The notes beneath the pieces are model-generated. The model was not told the DNA's origin. It did not search any database and saw only the letters and a list, made by a program, of their open reading frames with translations. The translations under genes were made by a program, and so were the position numbers. Of a stretch of 40,736 bases of DNA, positions 27,363-35,409 are shown piece after piece (position 1 is the first letter of the stretch; every line of letters starts with the position of its first letter). Source of the stretch: a virus; the UHGV virus genome UHGV-2023338. One strand, written 5' to 3'.

Positions 27363-28545
27363 GGTTAACCTCCTGCGGCGGTTCTGGTAGAGGCATCCAG
27401 TCGGTTACATTGCGGCTCTGCGTTTCGAAGAACTCCTCACCATTGCGGACAACATCAAAAAACTCACCGTCTCGATATTGTGCATAAAGAACGAATGCAC
27501 CATCACATAAAATAATTACGTGCTGACCATCATCAGGCATTTGCTCACTACAGCTTATCCAACCATCCGGAGTTACCGGAGAATTGCCATTTACCAAGTC
27601 AGCTCGAACATATAGCGTGTCATCATGGTGCTGATTGTGGCTGCACCACGTTAATTCGCTTAACTCGCCATCTTCTGGCCATACTCCAGCTGTTTGCAGC
27701 CAGATATGGGCTGGCGCATCCTGGCAAGGTGTATTAACTGGAAACTTGTAAGTTTGGCTTACAGGTTGGCTACCCTGAAGCATGGCAGCGTGGCAGGCTT
27801 CATCAACCATAGCTTCTACGTTTTCGAGAAGTACGTAACTGTACTGCTGCCCACTAACCCATTCTTTTCTGCGAGGTAATGCGCGTGGGTCCGCTACAAT
27901 GGTTCGCAAACGTTCCAGAACAGCAGGCACTACCGGCTCTACTGCCAACCGACTGGCATATTTGTTAATGGTAACGATAAGCTCTTGCTCAGCCTCATCC
28001 AGACAATCACCGATACCTCGCCTGTCACCGTCAAAATCATCGAAATCGGCACGAATCTTGGCAACCTTCAGGATTGCGGACAACACCTCACTAGGAATTA
28101 CCGGATAGTTGGTTGACGTTTCCGCGATTTCCCGAAAATTATTGGTTGACGAATTCTTGTTTTCCCGAAAGTTTCCGGACTGAAGCATGGCGGCGCGGCA
28201 GGCGTTCCAGCCATCTGCGTAACAATCTCTGTGTGTCTTGAAATATGTCACCGCCCTTGGTACATCGTTTACGTCTATTTCATCCGGCACAACCGGCGCA
28301 GGTGAGTCAGCATAAACAGGAATAACGTCCGGTTGCTCTTTATTGCTTTCATCCGTTAAAGCCCAGAATAATTTCCCGGCCGGATGTTTGAAAATATAAG
28401 CAACTGGTTCTGCTTCCAGCGATGCCAGAGCAATTCGTGCCAGTTCTTCCGCTTCTTCTGCTGGCAGTACAACGTTGCTACCAGGTCCGTATGTTTCGCG
28501 CCACTGCTTGATTGTCAGTAGTCGCTCTTTGGTAATAGTGATCAT
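27355..28545 (-). CDS. Hypothetical protein with C-terminal DUF551-like domain
   Basis: 396 aa; C-terminus WISCSEQMPDDGQHVIIL...VTDWMPLPEPP matches typical DUF551 signature of lambdoid nin-region proteins. Confidence 0.55.
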   Translation of the reverse strand: MITITKERLLTIKQWRETYGPGSNVVLPAEEAEELARIALASLEAEPVAYIFKHPAGKLFWALTDESNKEQPDVIPVYADSPAPVVPDEIDVNDVPRAVTYFKTHRDCYADGWNACRAAMLQSGNFRENKNSSTNNFREIAETSTNYPVIPSEVLSAILKVAKIRADFDDFDGDRRGIGDCLDEAEQELIVTINKYASRLAVEPVVPAVLERLRTIVADPRALPRRKEWVSGQQYSYVLLENVEAMVDEACHAAMLQGSQPVSQTYKFPVNTPCQDAPAHIWLQTAGVWPEDGELSELTWCSHNQHHDDTLYVRADLVNGNSPVTPDGWISCSEQMPDDGQHVIILCDGAFVLYAQYRDGEFFDVVRNGEEFFETQSRNVTDWMPLPEPPQEVNRG

Positions 28546-29057
28546 GCCGCGTTTCCTTCTTTCTTATTAACAATTACACCGTCATATATTTCATTAAGGT
28601 GCCCTCTCAACTCCATGCGCCTTAATGCAGATAACATGTAATCGCATTCAACCTGCTTATTTCCAGTAAATGGCTTATCGTCAGGATTACCCCAACAGCA
28701 ATTACCCTTGGGCCACCCATGTACCTTCCGTACTCTTCCGTTAACAACGTGAAGTAATCCCCAGCCAGGTGGTAAATCCTCAATTGAAATAATTCCCGGC
28801 TCACTAATAAAGAATCGCCAGTCGCCCATTCCAAGAGACGGATTTTTACGAAAACGCTTTTTTCTATCTGCCAACAAGTCAGCACGAGAACACTTCGCCT
28901 CTATCAGGCATGATGCTGAATTTCTGAATCCCATAGCATCTGGCTGTTCTCCGGTACTGGTTACAGCTATAAAGCGGTCATGAAAACAAACCTTGAACCC
29001 GTTGCGCTTAAGGAACTTGTACGCAATCTGACAGAGTTCGCGGTGTGTTAACGCCAT
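28542..29057 (-). CDS. Putative PD-(D/E)XK-type nuclease-like protein
   Basis: 171 aa; QPDAMGF...CLIEAK arrangement is compatible with PD-x(n)-(D/E)-x-K active-site spacing. Confidence 0.4.
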   Translation of the reverse strand: MALTHRELCQIAYKFLKRNGFKVCFHDRFIAVTSTGEQPDAMGFRNSASCLIEAKCSRADLLADRKKRFRKNPSLGMGDWRFFISEPGIISIEDLPPGWGLLHVVNGRVRKVHGWPKGNCCWGNPDDKPFTGNKQVECDYMLSALRRMELRGHLNEIYDGVIVNKKEGNAA

Positions 29058-29058
29058 A

Positions 29059-29424
29059 TCACTCTCCTTTGATGCGAATGCCAGCGGCGCGGATTGCAGC
29101 GATGACTTCAGAAACTTTGTATGCCATTACCGTTTGGTAATCATCGTGAAAATCTGTTCGATGAAGCATGCTGCTACGTTCCGGGAGCGATATTTCCCGA
29201 GCATCCAGTTCCTTAACGCGTTCCTCCAGTTCGTAGACCCTGCATTGTTCTCTATCATCAATCAGATATAACCCAAGACATTCGCTTTCTACCCAACCGC
29301 CAAAATCATGATCGTAACGCTCACATGAAAACTCACCGTCACCGTCCTTTGTTGGAATGGTGTAACTATCTAATGGGCCACCATATGTCGGCACATTCCC
29401 CAATGTTGGATGCTCAATCCACAT
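29059..29424 (-). CDS. Hypothetical protein (reading frame remains open upstream of start)
   Basis: 121-aa track ORF; same frame is stop-free for about 70 codons upstream, see findings. Confidence 0.45.
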   Translation of the reverse strand: MWIEHPTLGNVPTYGGPLDSYTIPTKDGDGEFSCERYDHDFGGWVESECLGLYLIDDREQCRVYELEERVKELDAREISLPERSSMLHRTDFHDDYQTVMAYKVSEVIAAIRAAGIRIKGE

Positions 29425-29534
29425 GAAAAATGCACGTCCGGTTATTGGGCAAATATCTGGCCGCCATTGGTTACGAACAGCCTTGGTTTCGGATAATTCT
29501 TCAGCGTGTTGTTTTACTTCCTCAAGCTCAACTC

Positions 29535-29738
29535 TCAGCTTCCCAACCGTAAGAGCAATATCCTCGTTCTCCTGGTCACGGCGTTTGATGTATTGCTGGT
29601 TTCTTTCCCGTTCATCCAGTAGTGCAGTGCCACCGATGGCGTGAACGCCATACGAAACGCCACAAAATTTTGATGCATAGGTTCTGTTTCTACTGCAACT
29701 GCCGCATCTCGCAGTGCCTGATAGTCAATTTCGCTCAC
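29535..29738 (-). CDS. Small hypothetical ORF (possibly 5-prime part of a frameshifted gene)
   Basis: 67-aa track ORF with GTG start; C-terminal third looks non-protein-like. Confidence 0.3.
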   Translation of the reverse strand: MSEIDYQALRDAAVAVETEPMHQNFVAFRMAFTPSVALHYWMNGKETSNTSNAVTRRTRILLLRLGS

Positions 29739-30042
29739 TGGTTGTCTCCTTTGCTTGGCCTTCTAACTTCTGAGTGGTTGTATCAAACTCAAACAACTTA
29801 ACCACGTCATCAAACAGGACATAATCGCCATCAGAATCTTCAGTCATGTCAGCGCCACAATCCTGACCGCACGAGTCGCAACCTCCCATATCAAGCTCGT
29901 ATCGCTTCAGGTTTGCGATATTTGATAAATTCAGCGCCAGTACAGCTAGGTCATAAACCTCGTCAGCGGTATACCCTGCACCATGTCCATACATTTCAAT
30001 GCGGGATATGATTTCTTCTAACCGTTGTTTTGTGATCGTCAT
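29725..30042 (-). CDS. Hypothetical acidic protein
   Basis: 105-aa ORF, tightly packed in nin-like block. Confidence 0.45.
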   Translation of the reverse strand: MTITKQRLEEIISRIEMYGHGAGYTADEVYDLAVLALNLSNIANLKRYELDMGGCDSCGQDCGADMTEDSDGDYVLFDDVVKLFEFDTTTQKLEGQAKETTSERN

Positions 30043-30044
30043 TT

Positions 30045-30602
30045 TTACTCACCTTCCTGTTCTTCCAGAAAAATACGCATAGCCTCAAGCATCTCTTCGG
30101 TGTCATACGGAGACAGCTTGTCACGCAGGATGTGTTCAATGCTGTTAATGAACTTTCGGATTGCTTTGCGTTCAATTTCAGTCAGGAAAGCATCGGTGGC
30201 TGGGGTGTCTGATTGCAGAGACTTTGCGCGATAGTCATTCCACCCTCTTGCATACATGGGATTAACTCGCACTCCATCTTTTACGCAATATGCCTGACCT
30301 CCACGGTTGATAACCTTGATTTCGTCCATAGCGCCAGACTTCAGCCCCGCATTCTCCGCCGCCAGCGCTGAAAACTTCTCGTGTGCCAACTTAACAGCCG
30401 AATCAGCCTGCTTAATTGACTCAATCGCTTTCTGCTGGTCTTCGGCCAGCGCATTAGCACGCACCAGTTGCACTTCCAGTTGCGTTGCCAAATCGCTGAT
30501 CAGCTTTGCCACACTACGCATATCAACGGCACCACATTCTGCTTTCAGTTCCGAAGCCATCTCATGCCCGGCGGAAACTAACCATTTGATATTACTTTCC
30601 AT
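30045..30602 (-). CDS. Hypothetical protein
   Basis: 185-aa ORF, helical/coiled-coil composition. Confidence 0.5.
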   Translation of the reverse strand: MESNIKWLVSAGHEMASELKAECGAVDMRSVAKLISDLATQLEVQLVRANALAEDQQKAIESIKQADSAVKLAHEKFSALAAENAGLKSGAMDEIKVINRGGQAYCVKDGVRVNPMYARGWNDYRAKSLQSDTPATDAFLTEIERKAIRKFINSIEHILRDKLSPYDTEEMLEAMRIFLEEQEGE

Positions 30603-30663
30603 CTTTACCCTCGCTTATCCACATAACTTATTGATTACATTGATAACTAAAAAGATCGTCGAT

Positions 30664-31011
30664 TCAGAACTCTTCGATGTTCCAGCCGCCACCTGCTTTC
30701 TTTGGTTTAACCGTTACCCCGATGATTCGGAACGGATACTGATCTGCGGCTACTTTGGTTTTCACCCTGGCGTCGTCGGTCCAGAATCCCCCTTTCACTT
30801 CGTGCAGTTCCATCTCTCCGGTGGCGAGCATCACAGCGAAATCGGGCGTATAGAACGTGTTGTCAGCTAACCGCAGCTTGATACCCTCGAATCGATACCA
30901 GGCGATTTCCCCTGCACGTTTACGCTGCTCAAGGTGCTGGCAATACGCAGATTCTGTTTTGTTCATCTGGCCTGTTTTGAGTCGACCAAGAGCCTGTATC
31001 TGTTTTCTCAT
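30664..31011 (-). CDS. DUF1064-like protein (small nuclease-fold candidate)
   Basis: 115 aa; pattern KTESAYCQHLEQRKRAGEI...YTPDFAV...ELHEVKG resembles DUF1064 family by recollection. Confidence 0.45.
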   Translation of the reverse strand: MRKQIQALGRLKTGQMNKTESAYCQHLEQRKRAGEIAWYRFEGIKLRLADNTFYTPDFAVMLATGEMELHEVKGGFWTDDARVKTKVAADQYPFRIIGVTVKPKKAGGGWNIEEF

Positions 31012-31014
31012 GAT

Positions 31015-31091
31015 TTACCTCTAAGGTAATTAAAAACCACATAAGACACGAAATCAATAGAGTTTAGAATATTTTGTTACCTCATAGGTAA
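31015..31091. promoter_or_regulatory. Pair of operator palindromes (TTACCTCTAAGGTAA 31015-31029; TTACCTCATAGGTAA 31077-31091) in P-to-nin intergenic region
   Basis: Both perfect TTACC-N5-GGTAA, 62 bp apart centre-to-centre. Confidence 0.55.
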
Positions 31092-31100
31092 TTGTTGAGG

Positions 31101-31123
31101 CGTAAAAAAATGCGCTATCGCGC
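31101..31123 (-). terminator. Weak candidate terminator after P gene (minus strand), tR2-like position
   Basis: GCGC-gata-GCGC short hairpin followed on minus strand by TTTTTTTAC; 4-bp stem only. Confidence 0.3.
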
Positions 31124-31128
31124 TGGTA

Positions 31129-31929
31129 TTACTTGATAAATCCTGCCGCCTTTCCCCGCCTGTATTCCTCCATCAGCCACTGCGCCGGTGTTATTCCCCC
31201 AAGGGTGGCGGCGTTAGGCATGCACCCGAAACTTCGCCCTGGTGGATGGTAAACGTCTCTCCCTGTGTCCGGAGGTGTACTCATGGGCTCTGGCTTTGCC
31301 TGTATGCTGATCACCGGATCGGGTATCTGCTGTCCGGAAGCCACCTTTTTCGCCCAATCATCGAGCAGCCTGCGCGCGTGTTTCTCAACCTCAATCTCGC
31401 TAAGCTGGCGCTGATACATTGCACGGCGGGTATCACATACGACCCAGTACATAACCGGATGCCGCCACGGGAATCTTTCGGGACCACCAGGATATAAACT
31501 TTTTTCCTTGCTGTACCGGTGAAACTCCGCCATCACATCGTCAATGGTGACGCCAAGAACCATCTTGCTGTCTTTGCACCACTTGATGAATTGCCCTGGC
31601 GACGGCCAGAACGGAGATTCACTGGCGCGGGCGTGGCGCATACCAGCAGAAACCTGTTCACGGGTTCGGATCCCACCTTCGGCAAACGCAGCAATCCACT
31701 GCTGTTTTGCAGCGACTTCCTGCTCTGGCGTCTTCAGGTTGGTTACCACTGCCGCCGGAAACAGTTGTTTCAGCTGTTTGAAAAGGGCATCAACAAGCCT
31801 CTCTGCTGACATGTTCACCACGTTGTCATTGTTGGTGTACTGATGCTCATAACCTGACATGCGAGAAAGGGCTTCTCCGTCACGGTTTTGTATCGCGGTA
31901 AAAACGTTGTTCACAAGAAATCCTCCCAT
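31129..31929 (-). CDS. P: Replication protein P-like helicase loader
   Basis: 266 aa; block SAGMRHARASESPFWPSPGQFIKWC closely parallels lambda P (NAGMRVARRQNRPFLPSPGQFVAWC). Confidence 0.85.
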   Translation of the reverse strand: MGGFLVNNVFTAIQNRDGEALSRMSGYEHQYTNNDNVVNMSAERLVDALFKQLKQLFPAAVVTNLKTPEQEVAAKQQWIAAFAEGGIRTREQVSAGMRHARASESPFWPSPGQFIKWCKDSKMVLGVTIDDVMAEFHRYSKEKSLYPGGPERFPWRHPVMYWVVCDTRRAMYQRQLSEIEVEKHARRLLDDWAKKVASGQQIPDPVISIQAKPEPMSTPPDTGRDVYHPPGRSFGCMPNAATLGGITPAQWLMEEYRRGKAAGFIK

Positions 31930-32726
31930 GCTTCAGGGCTGTTCCAGTGCGGAACGTTGTTATCAGGTAATGTTGATTGCTTCTGTCTGCTAATCTGCAG
32001 CCGCCTTGCCAGCTTCTGCTCCCACTGTGCCTGATGGTATGCCTTACCCTCAGCCATCCAGTAAATTCTGAACTCTGCAAGTTCCTGTGCCGTTGGCAGA
32101 CTGTCCAGGTAGATCCCCTGCAATGAGCTTTTCCGAAGAAAGTCATCTGATGGCTGCCATTGTTCATGCATGACAAATTTGCCTAATTGCCCTGGCCCAC
32201 CAGGAGGAACAAAGTTATTCATCACGGCGTTGTTTGCGCCGGGGTCATGAGGCACAGAATCCCCGCTTTTTGTCCTGCTCTCCCTCTCTTGGTTAAATGA
32301 CTGGTTATATGACTGGTTCTGGATCCCGTTTTTGGGATCATTCAACATCCCGTTTTTGGGATCATTCAACATCCCGTTTTTGGGTATATTCCCGTTTTCG
32401 GTAACATTACCGTTTTCGGGTTCATTACCCCCTTCCCGGTTGCCTTTAATGTTCCCGTTTTTGGTTATATTAAGAGAGAAAACCCGCACTCTTTTCGTCG
32501 CTCCCTTTCTCTCTCCGGTATCTGAAATAAGCCCCATTTTCATGAGCGATATAAGCCCGGCCTGCACGGTTTTTTTGTTCAGGCAAGTGTCTTTAACGAG
32601 GCGTTCTATGCTGGGGTAGCAGAGGTTATATTCATCGGCTCTGTCAGCCATCGAGAGCAGTATGAGCTTTAATGACGAGCTACCTGGATCTGTCTCCCAG
32701 GCCCAATCTGTTGCATGTCTGCTCAT
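31911..32726 (-). CDS. Replication initiator (lambda O-like role) with internal iterons
   Basis: 271 aa; N-terminal HTH-like region; internal peptide repeats NGMLNDPK encoded by DNA iterons; overlaps P start. Confidence 0.7.
   Translation of the reverse strand: MSRHATDWAWETDPGSSSLKLILLSMADRADEYNLCYPSIERLVKDTCLNKKTVQAGLISLMKMGLISDTGERKGATKRVRVFSLNITKNGNIKGNREGGNEPENGNVTENGNIPKNGMLNDPKNGMLNDPKNGIQNQSYNQSFNQERESRTKSGDSVPHDPGANNAVMNNFVPPGGPGQLGKFVMHEQWQPSDDFLRKSSLQGIYLDSLPTAQELAEFRIYWMAEGKAYHQAQWEQKLARRLQISRQKQSTLPDNNVPHWNSPEAWEDFL
32322..32470. repeat. Origin-type iteron array (about 7 copies of CCCGTTTT(T/C)GG, 18-24 bp period)
   Basis: Directly read; first two 24-bp units ATCCCGTTTTTGGGATCATTCAAC identical; lies inside initiator gene as in lambda ori. 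Confidence 0.7.
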
Positions 32727-32741
32727 GATTAATCTCCGCTA

Positions 32742-32942
32742 TCAGCTTGAATGTTGTGGGGAGGAATTAATCATGATCTGCTTAATCTCTGCCCTGATAC
32801 GACGGTTTGATTCCATGGTGCACTCAACACAGTGTCCGTTGTAAACCCAGCGTTCACTGTCATGTCCGTGCTTACATGTTTTTCCGGTGTAGTAGCGTTT
32901 AAGTCCGCGCTTTGCGGCATCAATACGTGTAATGATTTCCAT
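32742..32942 (-). CDS. Small Cys/His zinc-binding protein (cII-position)
   Basis: Start trimmed to internal Met with AGGG RBS; 66 aa; CKHGH...CVEC motif; function not recognised. Confidence 0.4.
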   Translation of the reverse strand: MEIITRIDAAKRGLKRYYTGKTCKHGHDSERWVYNGHCVECTMESNRRIRAEIKQIMINSSPQHSS

Positions 32943-33023
32943 GGTAAGCCCTGCTATTAGTATTGGGATTACGGTCATTTTGTGCTGACACAAAAAAAAG
33001 ATCAACCAGATTTGGTTTTTTAT

Positions 33024-33038
33024 TACCTTTGAGGTACG
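33024..33038. promoter_or_regulatory. Operator-like site TTACCTTTGAGGTAC (14/15)
   Basis: Directly read; just downstream of Cro-region terminator. Confidence 0.35.
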
Positions 33039-33045
33039 AATAGAT

Positions 33046-33070
33046 ATGAAAAGACCGCCGGGTGGCGGTC
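33046..33070 (-). terminator. tR1-like intrinsic terminator between Cro-like gene and downstream early genes
   Basis: GACCGCC-gggt-GGCGGTC hairpin, followed on minus strand by TTTTCAT. Confidence 0.5.
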
Positions 33071-33092
33071 TACAGAGGGTTGTAGCTGGATA

Positions 33093-33323
33093 TCATGAGT
33101 AGAAGAAGTATGCCAGTTCTGCTTTTGAGCGCAGCCATTGTCTTGTTTTACAGGCTTTAAAAAGCCCATTCATCAATACTTTACCTGGCATTTTGCGCTT
33201 ACCTGTTAAGTGAGTCTGGATATAGTGACTCGTCGTTCCGGCTTCCTGTGCGAAGGCTTCACGCTCATCCGGAGTAAGTGCAAGCCAGTGCTTTTTGAAA
33301 TCGAAATGTTCGTTATCGCTCAT
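33093..33323 (-). CDS. Cro-like small HTH regulator
   Basis: 76 aa; HTH-like segment AFAQEAGTTSHYIQTHLTGKRK; first gene of rightward (minus-strand) early operon leading to replication genes. Confidence 0.5.
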   Translation of the reverse strand: MSDNEHFDFKKHWLALTPDEREAFAQEAGTTSHYIQTHLTGKRKMPGKVLMNGLFKACKTRQWLRSKAELAYFFYS

Positions 33324-33477
33324 AGCTATTGCCTGATATTTATTTCAGATAATAAATATTCACCCATAAGGTAACAAAAATCAAGGATAGTTACCTATGG
33401 GGTGCATTTACCTGTTGGGTAATATTGCTTTAAATTGAATCATCTACTGATTCATATATGAGGCGATTTTCCAGAAA
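33324..33477. promoter_or_regulatory. Immunity-region divergent promoter/operator region
   Basis: 154-bp AT-rich spacer between divergent regulators; perfect operator TTACCTGTTGGGTAA (33408-33422) plus two imperfect sites (33360-33374, 33391-33405). Confidence 0.6.
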
Positions 33478-34062
33478 ATGAAAAGTATCCAGGACGTCCG
33501 CAGGCAAAATCTCAACGACTTGATCGACCGTGAATTCAATGGTGTTCAGACGCGGATGGCAGAAAAACTTGGAACTCAGGCAAATCTGGTAAACCGCTGG
33601 GCTCTTGGCAAGAAGGTTATCGGCGACCAGGTTGCGCGAAAAATTGAAGCTGCCGCCAATAAACCACGTAACTGGCTTGATATCGATCGCTCGCTTTCTC
33701 AGGAAGGTTTTCAGCCTGTCGGCCCGAGCGATATAGGTCAGCTGGCGGCTCACAACCTGGAACGCTGGATGAGCGAAAGCCGCGACCTTTCAACACAGGG
33801 AAAACTTCACCGCGCATCCGGCGTCGCCCAGGTGACAATCAGCCGCCTGTTAAACAATGAAGTCAGCGTTTCCATTTCCACCCTGGAGAATGTTGCATCC
33901 GCATTCGGGCGTCACGGCTATGAATTACTGATTCACCCGCACGACCCTGCGACTATCAACTATGATCGCTCGCGCTACGCATTGTTACCTGAAACAGAGA
34001 AGGCAAAGATCGAAAGTTACATTGAATTTGTCATCAACCAGAACGAAAAAAGCAAACAATAA
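33478..34062 (+). CDS. CI-like prophage repressor candidate (two HTH regions, no evident autopeptidase domain)
   Basis: 194 aa; XRE-type HTH MAEKLGTQANLVNRWALGKK and second HTH-like ASGVAQVTISRLLNNEV; no Ala-Gly/Ser...Lys S24-type motifs seen; followed by terminator. Confidence 0.55.
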   Translation: MKSIQDVRRQNLNDLIDREFNGVQTRMAEKLGTQANLVNRWALGKKVIGDQVARKIEAAANKPRNWLDIDRSLSQEGFQPVGPSDIGQLAAHNLERWMSESRDLSTQGKLHRASGVAQVTISRLLNNEVSVSISTLENVASAFGRHGYELLIHPHDPATINYDRSRYALLPETEKAKIESYIEFVINQNEKSKQ

Positions 34063-34082
34063 AATCATATTTTTCAGTAAGT

Positions 34083-34108
34083 AAGCCGCCTCATGGCGGC
34101 TTTTTTAT
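34083..34108 (+). terminator. Rho-independent terminator after repressor gene
   Basis: AAGCCGCC-tcat-GGCGGCTT followed by TTTTTTATT. Confidence 0.65.
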
Positions 34109-34119
34109 TGCCTATGCGA

Positions 34120-34196
34120 TTACCTTATGGGTAATTTTTTTAACTCATATCTATTGACATCAAACCAGATACGCATAATTATTACCTCAACGGTAA
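34120..34196 (+). promoter_or_regulatory. PL-like promoter flanked by two operator palindromes
   Basis: TTACCTTATGGGTAA (34120-34134), TTGACA (34154-34159), -10-like TAATTA, TTACCTCAACGGTAA (34182-34196). Confidence 0.5.
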
Positions 34197-34215
34197 CAGA
34201 CCGAGGTAACAAGTT

Positions 34216-34365
34216 ATGCAGTGGAAAATCATCAACGGTTGGTACTGCGTTACTGCATGCGGATTCATGAGCTGGAAGTTCCGCACCTTACAGGAAGGCA
34301 TTAAGTGGGCTTTCGTCAGCAAAGAAGCTCGCGATGTAGCCAACGATAACGAGATATGGGAGTAG
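34216..34365 (+). CDS. Small Trp-rich ORF (49 aa), first gene of early-left operon
   Basis: Hand translation MQWKIINGWYCVTACGFMSWKFRTLQEGIKWAFVSKEARDVANDNEIWE; GAGG RBS; not in track (under 60 aa). Confidence 0.3.
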   Translation: MQWKIINGWYCVTACGFMSWKFRTLQEGIKWAFVSKEARDVANDNEIWE

Positions 34366-34373
34366 GTTAGCAA

Positions 34374-35408
34374 ATGAGTGAATTATCAATCATCGAAATC
34401 ACACCAGACATGGCACCAAGAATTTACGTTGAAAAAGGGCTGGAAAAGTTTCTCGAGCAGATCCGTGAAGGTGTTAATGAAGTGCCTGACATTAGCACAG
34501 ACAAAGGCAGAAAGCGCATTGCATCTCTGGCTGCGAAGGTTTCAAGAAGTAAAACAGCGGTAGAAAAACCAGGACGTGATTATCTGAAACGCCTGAAAGA
34601 ACAGCCGAAAGTAGTTGAAGCAGAGTTACGACGCTTCGTAACCGAATGCGATCGGCTTCGTGATGAAGTACGCCGCCCACTCACCGAGTGGGAAAATGCT
34701 GAGAAATTACGCACTGAAGCACTGCAACAACGCCTGACAAATTTGCGAGCACTAGCTGACGTGATCGATCTCTCCGGAAACTACTTGCCATCATCTGATA
34801 TTCAGGAACGAATTCAAGAGGCTAAATCAGTAGCACTTGATGAAAGTTGGCAGGAGTACGCAGCAGAAGCTGGAGTAGCCAAGGATTCAACCATCCAGAA
34901 ACTGGAAGAATCACTCGCAGTAGCTCAAAAACGCGAGCGTGAAGCCGCTGAGCTGGAGCGACTTCGCAAAGAAGCGGAGGAAAAAGCGCGCATTGAGCGA
35001 GAAGAGAATATCCGCCGGGAAGCTGCTGAACAGGCCAGGCTCGAAGCTGAACAAAAAGCGAAAGCTGAAATTGAGGCTGCGGCACGCCTGGCGGCGGAAG
35101 AAAAAGCACGTGCAGAAGTAGCAGAACGTCAGCGAATTGAAGCAGAGCAGCGTGCACGACGCGAAAAAGAAGAAGCCGTTGCCGAGGAACGCCGACGCCA
35201 AGAGGCGGCAGAAAAAGCCCGCCTTGACGAACAGAAGCGTATCGCCGACGAAGAAGCGCGCCGAGCTGCAGATAAAGAGCATCGCCGTACCGTTAACCGC
35301 AGAGTAATCGCAGATCTGATAGCCCAAGGCATTCACGAAGAATTCGCGCAGAAAGCAATGTTGGCTATCGCTGGCGGCAAAGTGCAGGACGCGTATATCA
35401 AATATTGA
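34374..35408 (+). CDS. Hypothetical protein with long Glu/Ala/Arg/Lys-rich coiled-coil repeat region
   Basis: 344 aa; residues about 190-300 are TolA-like EAEEKAR-type low-complexity repeats. Confidence 0.5.
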   Translation: MSELSIIEITPDMAPRIYVEKGLEKFLEQIREGVNEVPDISTDKGRKRIASLAAKVSRSKTAVEKPGRDYLKRLKEQPKVVEAELRRFVTECDRLRDEVRRPLTEWENAEKLRTEALQQRLTNLRALADVIDLSGNYLPSSDIQERIQEAKSVALDESWQEYAAEAGVAKDSTIQKLEESLAVAQKREREAAELERLRKEAEEKARIEREENIRREAAEQARLEAEQKAKAEIEAAARLAAEEKARAEVAERQRIEAEQRARREKEEAVAEERRRQEAAEKARLDEQKRIADEEARRAADKEHRRTVNRRVIADLIAQGIHEEFAQKAMLAIAGGKVQDAYIKY

Positions 35409-35409
35409 G

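Noticed and set aside
32322-32470. CRISPR array
   Set aside because: Repeats are short, inside a coding gene, lack unique spacers of regular length, and no cas genes are present; iteron origin explains them better
33331-33350. LexA box in immunity region (CTGATATTTATTTCAG)
   Set aside because: Spacing is CTGA-N9-CAG rather than CTGT-N8-ACAG; does not fit SOS-box geometry
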